NCBI RefSeq assembly: GCF_009914755.1
Contig: NC_060925.1
Length of the DNA stretch: 64,000 nucleotides
Direction: 5' to 3' (one strand)
Origin: the human T2T-CHM13v2.0 reference genome, Homo sapiens
How positions within the stretch are numbered: the first letter of the stretch is position 1; each line of letters starts with the position of its first letter. The notes below the pieces were generated by a model. That model was not told the origin of the DNA. It ran no database searches and saw only the letters and a list, made by a program, of their open reading frames with translations. The position numbers and the translations under genes were made by a program. Shown piece by piece: positions 13,216 to 27,750 of the stretch.

Positions 13216-14045
13216 ATTTTTAGCCCCAGGGAGCAGAGAAACAGGCTTATTAAACTTATTTTTTCGATTTTAATGATGTTTGAGAGTTATCAGCCCTGCT
13301 GGGAAAAATAATCAATGGATTTTATTTCCCTTTAAAGTTAAAGTTGGACATTAATGGCACTTGGCACTTAAGGTGGGATAATACTAGACAATCAGTCTCA
13401 GCTCTGTACATGGGAACCATTTAATTTTAAGTGTAGGAAAGACTTTGTGGAAAATCTGAAAGACTTCCTGGAATAAGAATGTCAGGAGACCATCTTACTC
13501 TCTTTGGAAAATTCATCTTAAACGTGACAGAATTGATAGAAATGTAATTTTTTTCCAGTTATTTCATGTGTTATTTTTCCTTTAGATGGGCTTGTCTTTT
13601 TTTCCTAAATAGAAATGATTAATTGTTTTCTTCAGCTTTTCCTCTCTTCCTGGTTTATTTTCTGTACAGCTGTAAGAGGATAGTAATCATAAGAAAATTT
13701 ACATGCATTAGCTATTCAACAGAGAAGAAATGTTCATACATGGGAACACTTATGGGTATATATAAATACAATTGATGAGCATGATTTTCCACTTTGTTTG
13801 AATGACAATGGTTTAAAATATATCAACCAAATGAGTTTAAATTTGGCACAGAAATGAATCCTTCTATAAATAGTCACAACGAGTTCTTAAGAGAACTCAG
13901 GATATGTTTTTTAAACGAATTTATTATTAGGAATAGTTTTTAGCATTATTAGGGCTGTGTCTATAAACACAGAGAAAAATGTTAGTACAGACTATTCCGT
14001 CCAAAGATGTTGGTTGAAGGAGTAAGTCTCCATTTGTTTGTATTA

Positions 14046-14223
14046 GTTCTTCTCAGCCCTTGTTGCACATTAAAATCATCATTTCAGTTTTTAAAATAAT
14101 ACAAATATTCAACCAGACCAATTGGATCAGAATTTCAGCCTGAGAAAAGGAGTAGCAGGCATCCACACTTTTAAAAAGCTTTGCTGGTGATTCTAATTTG
14201 TAGTTGGGGTTTAGAACTGCTGG
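14046..14223. mobile_element. MER5A-like hAT-Charlie MITE
   Basis: TTCTCAGCCCTTGTTGCACATTAAAATCA..CCAGACCAATTGGATCAGAAT..GGTGATTCTAAT..TTAGAACTGCTGG. Confidence 0.7.
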
Positions 14224-14514
14224 CTACAGAATGATAAGAAGTAGCAATTTAGAATGTAACTCTTTTTGATAACTATCGGGACAAGAGAGTGAGTGTGAGA
14301 TGGATCACCTCTGTCATTGCAGACAAATTTAGAAAGAAAATGACCCCAAGGGCCTGTTTCATTTTCCTGAAACACTCAACAAATTCAAGAATGTAAACAT
14401 GGGACAGAGAAAAGATGTAAGGAGAATGTTAGTGGAGACCTCTTTGGAGCGAGCAGATGCTGTGCTGCACTTCCCATGTTCCCCAAGTGAAGGAAACATG
14501 GTGGATGCTACCTT

Positions 14515-14759
14515 TTACACTACCTTAATTAGGCCTGTGATTTCCAATGCATTTTAACACACAATTCATCAAATGCAAATAAAACTAAATTTGCAATCAT
14601 TTTAACACACAATTCGTCAAATTCAAATAAAACTAAGTTTGCAACCATAGAATTTTGCTGAGCTTAGAATGTACTTTGTAATTTCATTCCGGTGAGTACT
14701 GGTACACTACATGATTGAGCTCTATACACTGTGTTGCTCTTTGTTGTTTGTCTACGTCT
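14515..14759 (+). repeat. Left arm of a 245-bp inverted repeat
   Basis: Reverse complement of 15958-16201; 15 differences by manual alignment (about 94%). Confidence 0.97.
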
Positions 14760-15957
14760 AAACATACAAAGAAAGACTTCAATGGGTATATTCAGAGAGT
14801 CATGGTAAATGTTTCTTGCCACTAAGAGACCGAAGACTGTCGTCTGATCTATGCAAGAGAGAGCTTAATTAGGCATAGACTGGAGTCTGTTTTCTACCAG
14901 CCAAATGTTCTGTTGGTGGACAACGGTATTGTAGCATGAGATTCAGTCTGTTTCTCAGAATTTATCAGGAAGCCAAAAGTGTTTTCCTGTAGAAAATGGC
15001 AGTGTCATGGGAGAGAGGGCCTGCATAGTTCCTGAACCAAATGGTTGACAGGTGAAGTGAGCCAAATTCAGCAGAGAGAGGTTAGAGGTGTATCATCAGA
15101 AGGAATGTAGGGTTACAGGTGATAACCTAGAGTAGAGATACATCCTCCTGGGTCAGCAGAAGAGCAAAACCCCAAATAGCCCACAAAACCACCCATAAGA
15201 AGGAGTTAACCAAAGCTATCTCCCAGGTCTCCATTTTAACCAATTGCAAGAAAGAGAGAGAGAGAGAAAGAAAAAAAGAGAGACAGAGTGAGCATGAAGC
15301 CATTCAGCTCGGTAAAAATTGGCTTATTCCTGATCTTCATTTCCTTTCTCTTACAACAATATTGAAAAGAAGAAAAAGAACTAGCAAATACAAAAGGAGG
15401 TGAGCAGGAAGAGGAGGAGGTAAAGCCACCCATGTCCTCTTTCCCACTACAGGCTGCCAGCTTGAAGCCTGCCCCAGTTGGAGAGAGGAATTTAATGTTA
15501 AGTAGACAGTGGAGTTTGTACACTTTCCCTATGTCTCTTGAGCTTGTGGAGTACAGCAGAAAGTAAAGACTGAATTTTAGTCCATTGACATTCCAGATAA
15601 TAATTTTAGTCTTATGGCATAATCATCCTTTTACCTATCAGACCTTTAGTGCCCTTGATCCCAAATGTCTTCTTGCTTCTTAATCTGTGACCTTAATTTA
15701 GTTTCTTAATCTATGTTGCCTACTTCTATTTGACATCTAGTACCTTATTTCTTTTCAACTCTTCCCTGAGAACTCCAATTTCTCATTTGCTTCCCATTCT
15801 GATAGGCAGTGACTATTTTCCAGTGACTCCTGTGCACATCCAAGTCCTCATCCTCTGCACTGCCAACCCTCACCTGAAGCTACATGTCTCACCATGGAAT
15901 AAAACTGGACTGTTGATTAGCTGATTTACTTTCCAACTTATTTTGTTAGAATTTTGG

Positions 15958-16201
15958 AGATGTAGACAAACAACAAAGAGCAACACAGTGTATAGAGCCC
16001 AATCATGTAGCGTACCAGTACTCACAAGAATGAAACTATAAAGTATATCCTGAGCTCAGCAAAATTCTATGGTTGCAAACTTAGTTTTATTTGCATTTGA
16101 TGAATTGTGTGTTAAAATGGTTGCAAATTTAGTTTTATTTGCATTTGATGAATTGTGTGTTAAAATGCATTGAAATCATAGGCCTAATTAAGGTAGTGTA
16201 A
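15958..16201 (-). repeat. Right arm of a 245-bp inverted repeat
   Basis: Reverse complement of 14515-14759. Confidence 0.97.
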
Positions 16202-16763
16202 TTTTTATTAAAAGCACATACAAAATTAGGTACCTTCGCTTATACATGTTTACTTTGCTTTTAAAATGGCACAAAAAGCAGGCTTCAAAATGTTAACAAC
16301 ACTCTGTGATCAATTTTTTAAGGGCTTCAATTTTGAACAAAAAAGGAAACTCAGCTGATTATTGCAAAGATGACTTTTATATGCCTGCATAGTGTAATTC
16401 TTTAGTACTGGAAATTACATTCTTATTACTCGCTATAATATTTGCTAGTCTCTCTTGCAAACTGCTTTAGACTGGCTTTCTGAGCCAGTGTCAAATGAGA
16501 CCTCTAGGGAAGGCTCAGCTGCAATGTAAAAGGCAGCAATTTTAGTTCAGTATTGTATTTTTTATTCCTATTATGTAGAATGCTAATAACAGAGACATAA
16601 GATGTCACATACCCATATTTTAATGAGAAAATTGGTAATTGTGACATTTTGTTAATTCACACAATCTTTATTAAAAGTACACACAATTTTAAGCAATGAG
16701 GTGTAGATTATCACTGTTAATTACCTATCCGTGAGTAGTAAGATGATTCTTGTATTCCTGCCA

Positions 16764-17360
16764 CATTCATTCATTAATTCATTTAACAATCATTTATTGA
16801 TAATCTAGAATGTGTCAGGCATTGTGCTAAATGTTAAGGATATAAAGTAGGGTAAGATACTATACTGCCTCTGTTCCTCAGTCTTGGTGTTTTTGCAGAG
16901 AATGGGTTGTAAAAGGTAATTTCAGTATGTGGCAAGTGTTAAAAGTGTGCATCAACTCCAGTCATAGGACAGAAAAAGGCAGGACACATTGTTTGGAATG
17001 ATTTGGGAGGACAATGTTTCAGAGAAAAGAAGATCCTCGAATGAGTTTTCTAAGACAGAGTGAGTATTCTAAGGCAGATATGGCGATGGTGAGAGAGGCA
17101 TTGCATACCATACAAAGGAGCAGCATGGCACCTTCAGGAAACTGTCAGTCATTCACTATGACAAGAGTTAAGGTATGACAAAACACTCAGAGATACAATG
17201 AAAACTGAAAGCAAGTCTTGGATCACAAAGTATATTTTACGTATTCTATAGAATTTAATGTTTATGCTACAGGCAATGGGGAGCCATAGGACAATGTTTA
17301 GAATAATAATACCATTGTCAAATTTAGATCATTCTGAAAGCCATATGGAAGATTGTTTAA
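16764..17360 (-). mobile_element. L2 3' region
   Basis: CATTCATTCATT..CATTTATTGA..TGTGTCAGGCATTGTGCTAA is the typical antisense L2 3' end. Confidence 0.7.
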
Positions 17361-17368
17361 AAACTAAA

Positions 17369-17667
17369 TTTTTTTTTTTTTTTGAGACAGAGTCTCGCTC
17401 TGTCACCCAGGCTGGAGTGCAGTGGCGCCATCTCGGCTCACTGCAAGCTCCGCCTCCCGAGTTCATGCCATTCTCCTGCCTCAGCCTCCCTCCCGAGTAG
17501 CTGGGACTACAGGCGCCCGCCACCACACCCGGCTAATTTTTTGTATTTTTAGTAGAGATGGGGTTTCACCGTGTTAGCCAGGATGGTCTCAATCTCCTGA
17601 TCTCATGATCGGCCCACCTCGGCCTCCCAAAGTGCTGGGATTACAGGCGTGAGCCACCACGCCCAGC
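17369..17667 (-). mobile_element. AluY
   Basis: Diagnostics GCAAGCTCCGCCTCCC, CCATTCTCC and CCGTGTTAGCCAGGATGGTCTC; poly-T. Confidence 0.95.
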
Positions 17668-17848
17668 ACTGAAACCTCAAATTTATATATTTCAAACCTG
17701 TGGTCAATTGACCTATAGATTCAGATCATCAGTTAAATTTCTGGAATTAAATGCAAAACTTACGTGCCTGTACACTTTTTGAGGGAAGTTCCATAACATG
17801 CATCTGACTTTGAATTACTAAAAGGGGGTGATGTTGGAGGCCAGGATG

Positions 17849-17962
17849 CTGGGTGATAAACCCATCCTGTTTTGCCTAAAACTTTTCTGGTTTTAGTAAT
17901 AAAAGCCATGCATCCTGGGAAGACTGCCAATCCTAGGGAAACCAGGACAGTTGGTCACCCTA
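17849..17962. mobile_element. MER81 (hAT-Blackjack) MITE
   Basis: 114 bp bounded by GGGTGA...TTGGTCACCCTA terminal inverted repeats. Confidence 0.8.
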
Positions 17963-18165
17963 CTGGGAAGTCAGTTATAAGACTGTGACGATAGTTGCTA
18001 TGTAAGGAAATAAGAAACTTCAGCTAGAGAATAAGAAATGATCTTGAGAGATATTCCACAAGACTTAGTGTTTAATGGGTTTAAGGTATGGCAAGAAGTA
18101 ATGAATTGAGATAAAGCCTGTATGTTTAGCTCTAGTTACTATATTTATGTGGTTGCCATTAAACA

Positions 18166-18167
<2 letters not shown>

Positions 18168-18207
<40 letters not shown>
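18168..18207. repeat. (GT)20 microsatellite
   Basis: Directly visible. Confidence 0.99.
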
Positions 18208-18209
<2 letters not shown>

Positions 18210-18599
18210 GAGGGTTAGTGAAAATGACCTCCATTTTGAACATGTTGCTGTTAAGTATTTCTGAGACATTCTGATGGAAAAACCCAATGGGAAGTGAATA
18301 TATGAAATTAGAGTTGTAGGAAATATATATAGAATGGATATGTAATTTTGTGAGTCATTATAATTTGAGTATTAATTGAAGAATTATTCTGGGATGATGT
18401 GTACAGTGAGAAACCATGGACAAAGAGAATATCTAGAAACAGGAGTTACTAGATATAAAGGCATCTATAGGAAGAAAATCCGGCAAAGGATGTGAAAAAA
18501 GTCTGCTCAGAACTATAAGCAGGTAACTAGGAGAAACTACAGTCTTAGAATCAAAGAGAAGAAAGATTATAGTTATTATTTGTATCTTCTGAAGTTTTA

Positions 18600-20610
18600 A
18601 ATATCTTTCTGGAAATGCTAGCCAAAGTAAATAATGAGAAAACAATTGGAATATAAAAACTGCAAAGAAGGAAATAAAATATCATTACTTGAAACACATA
18701 TGATTATACACCATACTTAGAAAATCAGCTGGGAGAATGATTGCCAAACAATGAAAATTTAATAAGCTGACTAGATGCAAAATATGTCCAGATACCAATA
18801 GTTTCTGTTTATGTAAATAATAAAAAGTTGGAAGATTTATGGGAAAAAAACAATCATCTACAATAGCAACAATGAGTTAATAATGAATTCTTATTATGCA
18901 CTAGGCATTCTTCTGAGAGCTTTCACAGGCTTGTAGTACAAATGAAGAAATGGAGGTAAAGCATTTAATTAACTTGTTCGTGTTTCTACAGCTAGTAAGT
19001 TTTAGAACCATAATTTAAATTTAGGGAGTCTTAATCCACAGGCTATGGCTTTAACTGCTGTAGTATGTAGTCTCTTCAAGAAAAAAAAGTCTCTTTAAGA
19101 GAGAAGTAGTAAAGAATATACTTAACAAGAAACACATAAAATCTGTATGAAGAAAATATTCAAATGCTACCAGTGGAGAAAGGAAGTCTTAGACAAATAT
19201 AAAAGCATATCATATTTTTGAATAGGAAAATCTAACATCATAAAACAATAAATTCTCTCAAAATTAATCTATAAATAACACTTGATTCCAATAAAAATAA
19301 CAAGGCATTTTTCTGTGGAATTAGTTTTAAACTTAATATGGAAAACTTTAAAAGGAAAATTCAGAAGAGTATTTTTGATAAAAGAATAGCACAACAGATA
19401 TTTTTAAATGATTAAAATGTTTAACAGTAAAATGAGGCAGTGTTGGCACATTAGCAGACAGACATGTAAATGGAGCAAACTAGGAAGTCCAGAAATAGGT
19501 AGAAATACTTAGGGATTAGCATATAATAAAGGTGGCATCATATAATATATGTCAAATATCTGTGGGGGAAAAGATGGATAATTCAATAAGTGGTGCTTAG
19601 ATAATGGGGAAGCCATCTGGACAAAAATGGATTCACATTTTGTCACTGAAACTAATTCAAGAAAATTGAAGAGTCCACAGTAAAAAATATAAAATCATAA
19701 AAGTAATGGAGGGAGAAAACAGTTTATAATTTCAGAGTATGAAAGACCTTTATGTGTGTGACACAAAGACTACAAAAATCACATTGATAAATACAGCTAC
19801 AAAAAATTAAGACAGTTTATCCTTACCAAACTATCAAAAAGAAAATTAGAAGACGGATGATACAACAGGAAAACATAACAGCTGTCTTAGGTCATTTCCT
19901 ATTGCTATAAAAGAGTACCTGGGACTGGAAAATCTATTTTAATAATGAGGTTTGTCTCACAGCTCTGAAGACTGAGAAGTTTCCATACTGGGTGGCTGCA
20001 TCTGGCGAGGGCCTCATGGTACATCATAGCATGGCAGATGGCATCACGTTGTCGGGAGCCTGTGCAAAAGAGATAGAACACAAGGGGCAACCTAGGTTTA
20101 TAACAACCTACTCTCAAAGGAACTAATCCAATCTTGCAATAACTAACCCAGTATTGTGAGAAAGACATTAACCCATCTTAATGACCTAACTACCTTCTAC
20201 ATGTCCCACCTCCCAACACCATTACATTGGCAACTAAATTTCAACATGAGCTTTGGGAGGGACCATAACAACAACTTACAAAAAATATGCAACTTACTTT
20301 TTAAAAATAACTCTTACAAATCCAGAAGATCATCAACCAAAAAGAAGAATGAGCACATGATACAAACTGAGAGACTATTAAAATGTTAAAAAAGAAATTT
20401 AAATTCCCCTGAAATAAAAATACTCACTCTTACTCATATTAAAATAAATTAAAATTTAAAACTATGCAAAATTATCAGATTATCAAAGATTCAAAAGTGT
20501 GATAATATACCATATAGATGAGGATGAGGACAAAGAGGCACTCTCATACCTTACTAGTGAGAGTGCAAATTCATACATTCACTGTGCAGGGCAATTTGTC
20601 AATATCAAAT
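18600..20610 (+). mobile_element. Highly degenerate L1M/L1ME ORF2-3' remnant, interrupted by a MIR (about 18890-19065) and an MST LTR
   Basis: A-rich L1 ORF2 landmarks (AAAGAAGGAAATAAAATATCATTA, GATGGATAATTCAATAAGTGGTGC, AGGCACTCTCATAC). Confidence 0.65.
19883..20269 (-). mobile_element. MST-family (MSTB/MSTC-like) MaLR solo LTR
   Basis: TGTCTTAG..TTGCTATAAAAGAGTACCTGGGACTGG..CCCACCTCCCAACAC..AAATTTCAACATGAG..CCATAACA. Confidence 0.85.
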
Positions 20611-21003
20611 TTAGACTTTAGAAATGAGTATATCACCTATCGTGAAGAGTGAATAGAAAGCCATTTGGTTCATTCTTCCCACTGGAAAGAAACAATAACA
20701 AAAATATGTGTCTAGAAACATCTAAACATTTTTGAAAATAATTCAAGAGGTCAAGTAAGGAAATGTTAATCCAAAGTGAAGAAAAAATAACTAGAGAAAT
20801 GAGTACTTAAGCTAGTTTATTTTGAGAGCATTTGCAGAACCTGGTAATGTTATTTTTAATCTTGATAGCCTTACCAAGTGATAAGGACAGAAATAAAAGC
20901 AGAAGACACCTTCCACCTGCCCACACACACGGAAGAACCAAAGGACCATGGCAAGGTAAGGGTTAACTGAATATTCCCATGAATCATTTAAAATCCTTTT
21001 GGG

Positions 21004-21330
<327 letters not shown>

Positions 21331-22245
21331 TGAAAACCACCTTTGCACCTTGATTTGAGGTGATCCCAAACTGTAAGAGATCCAGCAATCTGGCAGGAAC
21401 AATAGCAAATTATATCTAGATAAATATTCACATATTGTAGGCCTCAATAATTATTTCTATAAATTATTATTTTATGTAAAACATGTAACATACAGCAAAG
21501 ATAACCAGGCATACAAGGAAATTATACTTGATAAATGGAGGCCACTGTAAAGAAACAAAAAAATAGAAACAGTCTTGCAAATATTCAGATATTGAAATTA
21601 CCAGACACAAAAAATTAAGTGTTTTTAAAAGATTGAATACATCTGCAGAGAAATCAACTATAAAATAACATAATAAACTTAAACAAATATGATTTCCAGA
21701 ATTTAAAAAAAACTAAAATTTAAAACTAAATGGACAAGTTTAACAGGCGAATAGACACAGCAAAAGAAAGAATAGATGAACTGAAAGGTAGGTCAGACAA
21801 AATGTCTTAGAAAACAGCACTGATGTTTGAAAAAACAGCAAGGCATTCTCTTCTATATAGTCTCTTGTACAACCTGTGGAACTGTGAGTAGAATAAAGTG
21901 AGAAATGATAACATAAGCTTAATCAGAATCCCAAAAAGAGAGGAGCGAACCAAACGGAAGAGACAATATTTGTTAAGATAATGGCTGAGAATTTTTCACA
22001 ACTAAAGAAAAATGCAGATCTACAGATAAATAAATCTCAAACACAATAAAAAAAATTTCCATATCTATTCTCTTGCTACTGAAACTCCAAGATATTAAAG
22101 ACAAGGAGAAAACAAAAATCTATAAATCAGTAAGAGGAAAAAAAAGCCCTCTTTACCGTCAAAGGAGCAACAACTAAACAAAGAAGTGACTTAGCAAAAA
22201 TAAGTCAGAAATCATTACAATAATATATGTTCGAAAGAAAATAGT

Positions 22246-22547
<302 letters not shown>

Positions 22548-22803
22548 CTACAAATTTAGATTTCTCTTCCCAGAAAAAAAAAATCCATCAAAAATCAAAG
22601 TAAAATAAACATGTTTAGATTAACAAAAACAGTAAGTTTGACATTAACATATCTACACAAAGGAAAATTCTAAAGCATGTATTTCAAGTAAAATAAAATG
22701 ATCTCAAAGGGGGTGTCCAAATTGCCAGAAGAAGTAAGAAAAGAGAGACTTGTAAATATGCAGGGAACTTTAAATTAATATTGACTATATAAAAACAGTA
22801 ATA

Positions 22804-23205
<402 letters not shown>

Positions 23206-23386
23206 TTAAAGTTCTCTATGGTTCTTTTTTTCCAGGTTGGATGTTAAAGTTATTGATTAATGTAAGTTAAAGATGCACATTGGCATTTCCAAAGTAAAAA
23301 CTAAAAAAATAGAAAAGAAAATTACTTTCATGATGTATCACTGTGTAATAAACCACCTCAAAATTTAAGATTTAGAACAATACTAC

Positions 23387-23767
23387 TTGGTTCTGTGTCC
23401 CCACCTAAATCTCATGTTGAATTGTAATCCCCAATGATGGAGATAGGAGGTGATTGGCTCATAGGGGTTGTTTCTAATGGGTTAGCACCATCCCCCTACT
23501 GCTGTCTTGTGATAGAGTTCTCATGAAATCTGGTGGTTTGAACGTGTGTAGCACCTCCCCTTCATTCTCTCTCTCTCTCTCCTGCCAGCAATGTGAAGAT
23601 GTGCTTGCTTCCCCTTCACCTTCCACCATGACTGTAAGTTTCCTGAGGCCTCCCCAGCCATGCTTCCTGTACAGCCCATGTAACTGTGAGTCAATTAAAC
23701 CTCTTTTCTTCATAAATTACCTAATCTCAGGTAGTTCTTTATAGCAGCATGAAAATGGACTAATACA
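23387..23767 (+). mobile_element. MSTA MaLR solo LTR
   Basis: TGTGTCCCCACCTAAATCTCATGTTGAATTGTAATCCCC..TTTCCTGAGGCCTCCCCAGCCATG..GGACTAATACA. Confidence 0.92.
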
Positions 23768-24443
23768 CTACCCTATGTCATAACTCATATTAAACTGTAG
23801 GTCCTAAACACTTTAGTAAAGCAAGGGAAAAAAATAAAATGTATAAAGATTGGAAAGAAAGAAGCAAAGGTATCATTACACACATATGATAAATATGTAC
23901 ATAAAAATCCAAAAGTTTCTAGTTAATTAATGAGAGATTTAATCAAGCTTGCTAGATATATCAACAGGTATATAAAAGCAATCATTTTCTATATGCTAGC
24001 AAAAAATAGATAATTTTAAGAAAAACTTACTTTAATATCAAAAGTATCAAGTAGCTTAGCTAGGAATTATTCTAACCAATTTAGCAAACAGCCAAGAATA
24101 AATAAGGTGTATTTGAAGAAGAAAGTATGGGTGAGAGACAGTCTTGCTTTGTAGATATGGAGATTTATAGAGCTATAGTAATTAAGATAGTGTGGTGTTG
24201 GTAGAGCAACGTAGAAATAGTTGGATGAAATGAAATAGAAAGCTAAGAAGTGGACCCACACATGTACAGATCTTAGTATATGACAAAGATGGCCCTGGAG
24301 GAGAGTTGGGGTGATGACAGTCTTTTAAAGAAGTGATGTTGGTAAAATCAGATATTCATATTAATGGTAAAAGTTGCAATCTCTTACACATACGTAATAG
24401 GGAGTTTTAAGCGGATTACATATCTGAACATAAAAAATTTTTA

Positions 24444-24738
<295 letters not shown>

Positions 24739-25539
24739 TCAGAAGATAATACAGAGAAATATCTTCATGATCTGGAGGCAGAAAATATCGCAAACAAGAC
24801 ACAAAATCTATAGATCATAAAGCAAAAATTGAATACATTTATGACATTACAATATGAAAAAGTAGTTTATCAAAGTATAGCATAAAGTAAAATGTCAAGC
24901 CACAGAATAAAAATACTTATAATACATATATTTGACAGAAGGGTAATATTTGGAATATAAAAGAGGTATGATAAACCTGTAAGTAAAAACTGAAAGAAAT
25001 AAAGCACACCCATAAATCATAGAGGAAGAGCTTGAACAGTCTTCATAAGAAAGCAAATCCAAGTTAGACTGGCAAAATTGTAAAAGAAAATCTGAGAATA
25101 CCAAATAAGAGTGTGAAGTAACCAGTAAACTCCTTCATTGCTAGGAGTAACCTAAATAGTCAAACTCATTGGGAAATAGTTTGTCATTTCCTAGCAAAGT
25201 TGAAGATTTACATATTGCAAGCCTTAATAGAAGATTTATATATTGCAAGCCTTATTGCTTCTAGATTTATATTCTATAGAAATGTGTACTAATAGGTACA
25301 GGATGCCACACAGAAAAAAAAGATACATCAATCCTTTACCCAAAAAAGAGAAATCTTTAAACATAATTTTTATTGAGCAACAGAAGTCAGATCCCCCAAT
25401 ATATGCAGCATGTGATTCCATTTATATAAAGAATGAATGAAATTATATAATTTATGGTTAAATACATAGGCAGTTATACTGTTAAGACAAGCAGAATATG
25501 ATTACTATAAAAGCCAAGATAATCGTCCCCTCACCCACC

Positions 25540-25541
<2 letters not shown>

Positions 25542-25595
<54 letters not shown>
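25542..25595. repeat. (CA)n microsatellite, about 27 units
   Basis: Directly visible. Confidence 0.99.
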
Positions 25596-25597
<2 letters not shown>

Positions 25598-26953
25598 CTT
25601 GTGATTGGGAAGGGGATTGTAGAATGAGGAGAAGGGTTGAATTGCTTCTGGGAAGCTGACACCTGTACCTGAATGCTAGGTTAAACATCTTTCACTTTAT
25701 ATTATTATATTACATTATACATTTATATTTTATTCAGTTTTCTGTATTCATATATTTTATAATTTAAAAAAGATTAAAAAGAAGTGATTTTAAAAGAGGG
25801 TGAATGTTGAGTGCTAGTGACTGTAAAGTAGCTGTAAAAGGGACTTCGCAGGTACTGGTGGAGATTTGTTTGTGAAAATGCATCAAGCTGTACATTTAAG
25901 ATTTGTGCACTTTCCACATAGGTTCTTATATAAAATGTTTTTCTTAAAAAATTAAATTACAGAGCGCAAAAGGAATCTAAGAAGGAAACGATCAGTGTAG
26001 ATGGTTCTTTATATAAGCTGAGATTTGAATTGAAGTAAAGCTTAAAGAGTAGCTAGTGCATCACAAATTTTATGAATTTTTATTTTATAGAGGAGACTGG
26101 CATATTTATAAATGGTGCAGAAAACATCAGCAGAGGGAACTGAGGGAAAACAATAGAGAGAAGATAACAAATGGGCATGTCTCAGTTTTACAGGGAATAG
26201 GGAAGGAGGTAGGTGTACAGATGGAAAGACAAGTCTTGAACAAGGAGAGGGGTCCCTTTCCTTTGAAAACTGCGAGGGAGAAATCAGAAAGTGGGGTCAT
26301 GGCAGGAACAGAGGAAATTATGATTTAATAGGCATAGGAGTAATGAATTTAGGTGTTTAAGCCCAGGACTTCAATAGAACATAGTAGCATTAACTGAGAA
26401 GAAAGATGTAGGAACTTAAAGAGGAGCCTGAAGGATTTGAAACCAAAAAATGAAGAAGTGGCAAAGGAGAATGGCTAGAGAATGATGCAAGGACTGTCGA
26501 GTTGTGCAGAGGGTCCACAGCACTAGGGAACTGTGCATTTAGAAGCATATTTCCAGAGTTCAGCAGTTATCTTCAACAATCTAGGGACAGGGAATGAGGC
26601 AGAAAATGATTAAAATGAATCAGGATTGAGAATCTTCAGGTAAAATTGAGTAGAAGTTGGTGCAAAAGCAGGTAGAAGTGACTGGTTCTGCTGAGAGGAT
26701 GGCTAGTATGTGGAGGACCTGGGATGCTAGAGAAGGAAGCAACCTTGAAATAAAATGATCCAACCAGGAAACTGGAAAAGCTGATGGACTTTAGATCTGG
26801 GAAAAGTAGAAGAAAATGCAAACAGGGAAAAAACAAGTGAGAGAATTGCGTCAATATTGCATCCCAAATCAACTAACTCTTGCAACAAGTTTGAGCAAGA
26901 ATAAAAAACTTCAATTTTACAATGGAATCTTCTAATTCTTCTCTGTAATAAAA

Positions 26954-27750
26954 ATTATGCAGCCAACAAACATATGAAAAACCCTCGTCATCACTGGGCA
27001 TTAGAGAAATGCAAATCAAAACCACAATGAGGTATCATCTCGTGCCAGTTAGAATGACGATCATTAAAAAGTCAGGAAACAACAGATGCTGGAGGGGATG
27101 TGGAGAAGCAGGAACACTTTCACACTGTTGGTGGGAGGATAAATTAGTTCAACCATTGTGAAAGACAGTGTGGTGATTCCGCAAGAATCTAGAACCAGAA
27201 ATACCATTTGACCCAGCAATTCCATTACTGAGTATATACCCAAAGGATCATGAATCATGCTACTATAAAGACACATGCACATGTATATTTATTGCAGCAC
27301 TATTCACAATAGCAAAGACTTGGAACCAACTCAAATGCCCATCAATGATAGACTGGATAAAGAAAATGTGGCACATATACACCATGGAATACTATGCAGC
27401 CATAAAAAGGATGAGTTTATGTCCTTTGCAGGGACATGGATGAAGCTGGAAACCATCATTCTCAGCAAACTAAAACAGGAACAGAAAACCCAGCACCACA
27501 TGTTCTCGCTTATAAGTGGGAGTTGAACAATGAGAATATATGGACACAGGGAGGGGAACATCACACAGTGGGACCTGTCGGGGGCTGGGGGGTTAGGGGA
27601 AGAATAGCATTAGGAGAAATACCTAATGTAGATGACAGGTTGATGGGTGCAGTAAACCACCATGGCACGTATATACTTATGTTACAAACCTGCACGTTCA
27701 GCACATGTATCCCAGAACTTAAAGTATAACAAAAATAACAACAAAAAAAG
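26954..27750 (+). mobile_element. L1PA7-like 5'-truncated 3' end
   Basis: ORF2 C-terminus and a 3'UTR ending CACATGTATCCCAGAACTTAAAGTATAA plus A-rich tail. Confidence 0.94.

Noticed and set aside
14515-16201. DNA transposon with long TIRs, or a CRISPR-like array (48-bp units)
   Set aside because: No TSD or transposase remnant; the units are adjacent tandem copies without spacers, in a mammalian context.
16330-16760. Repeat-free, TAAT-rich blocks that look like conserved enhancers (also about 13250-13560, 33380-33660, 47050-47300, 52780-53050)
   Set aside because: Plausible in a regulatory desert, but not supportable without conservation or chromatin data.
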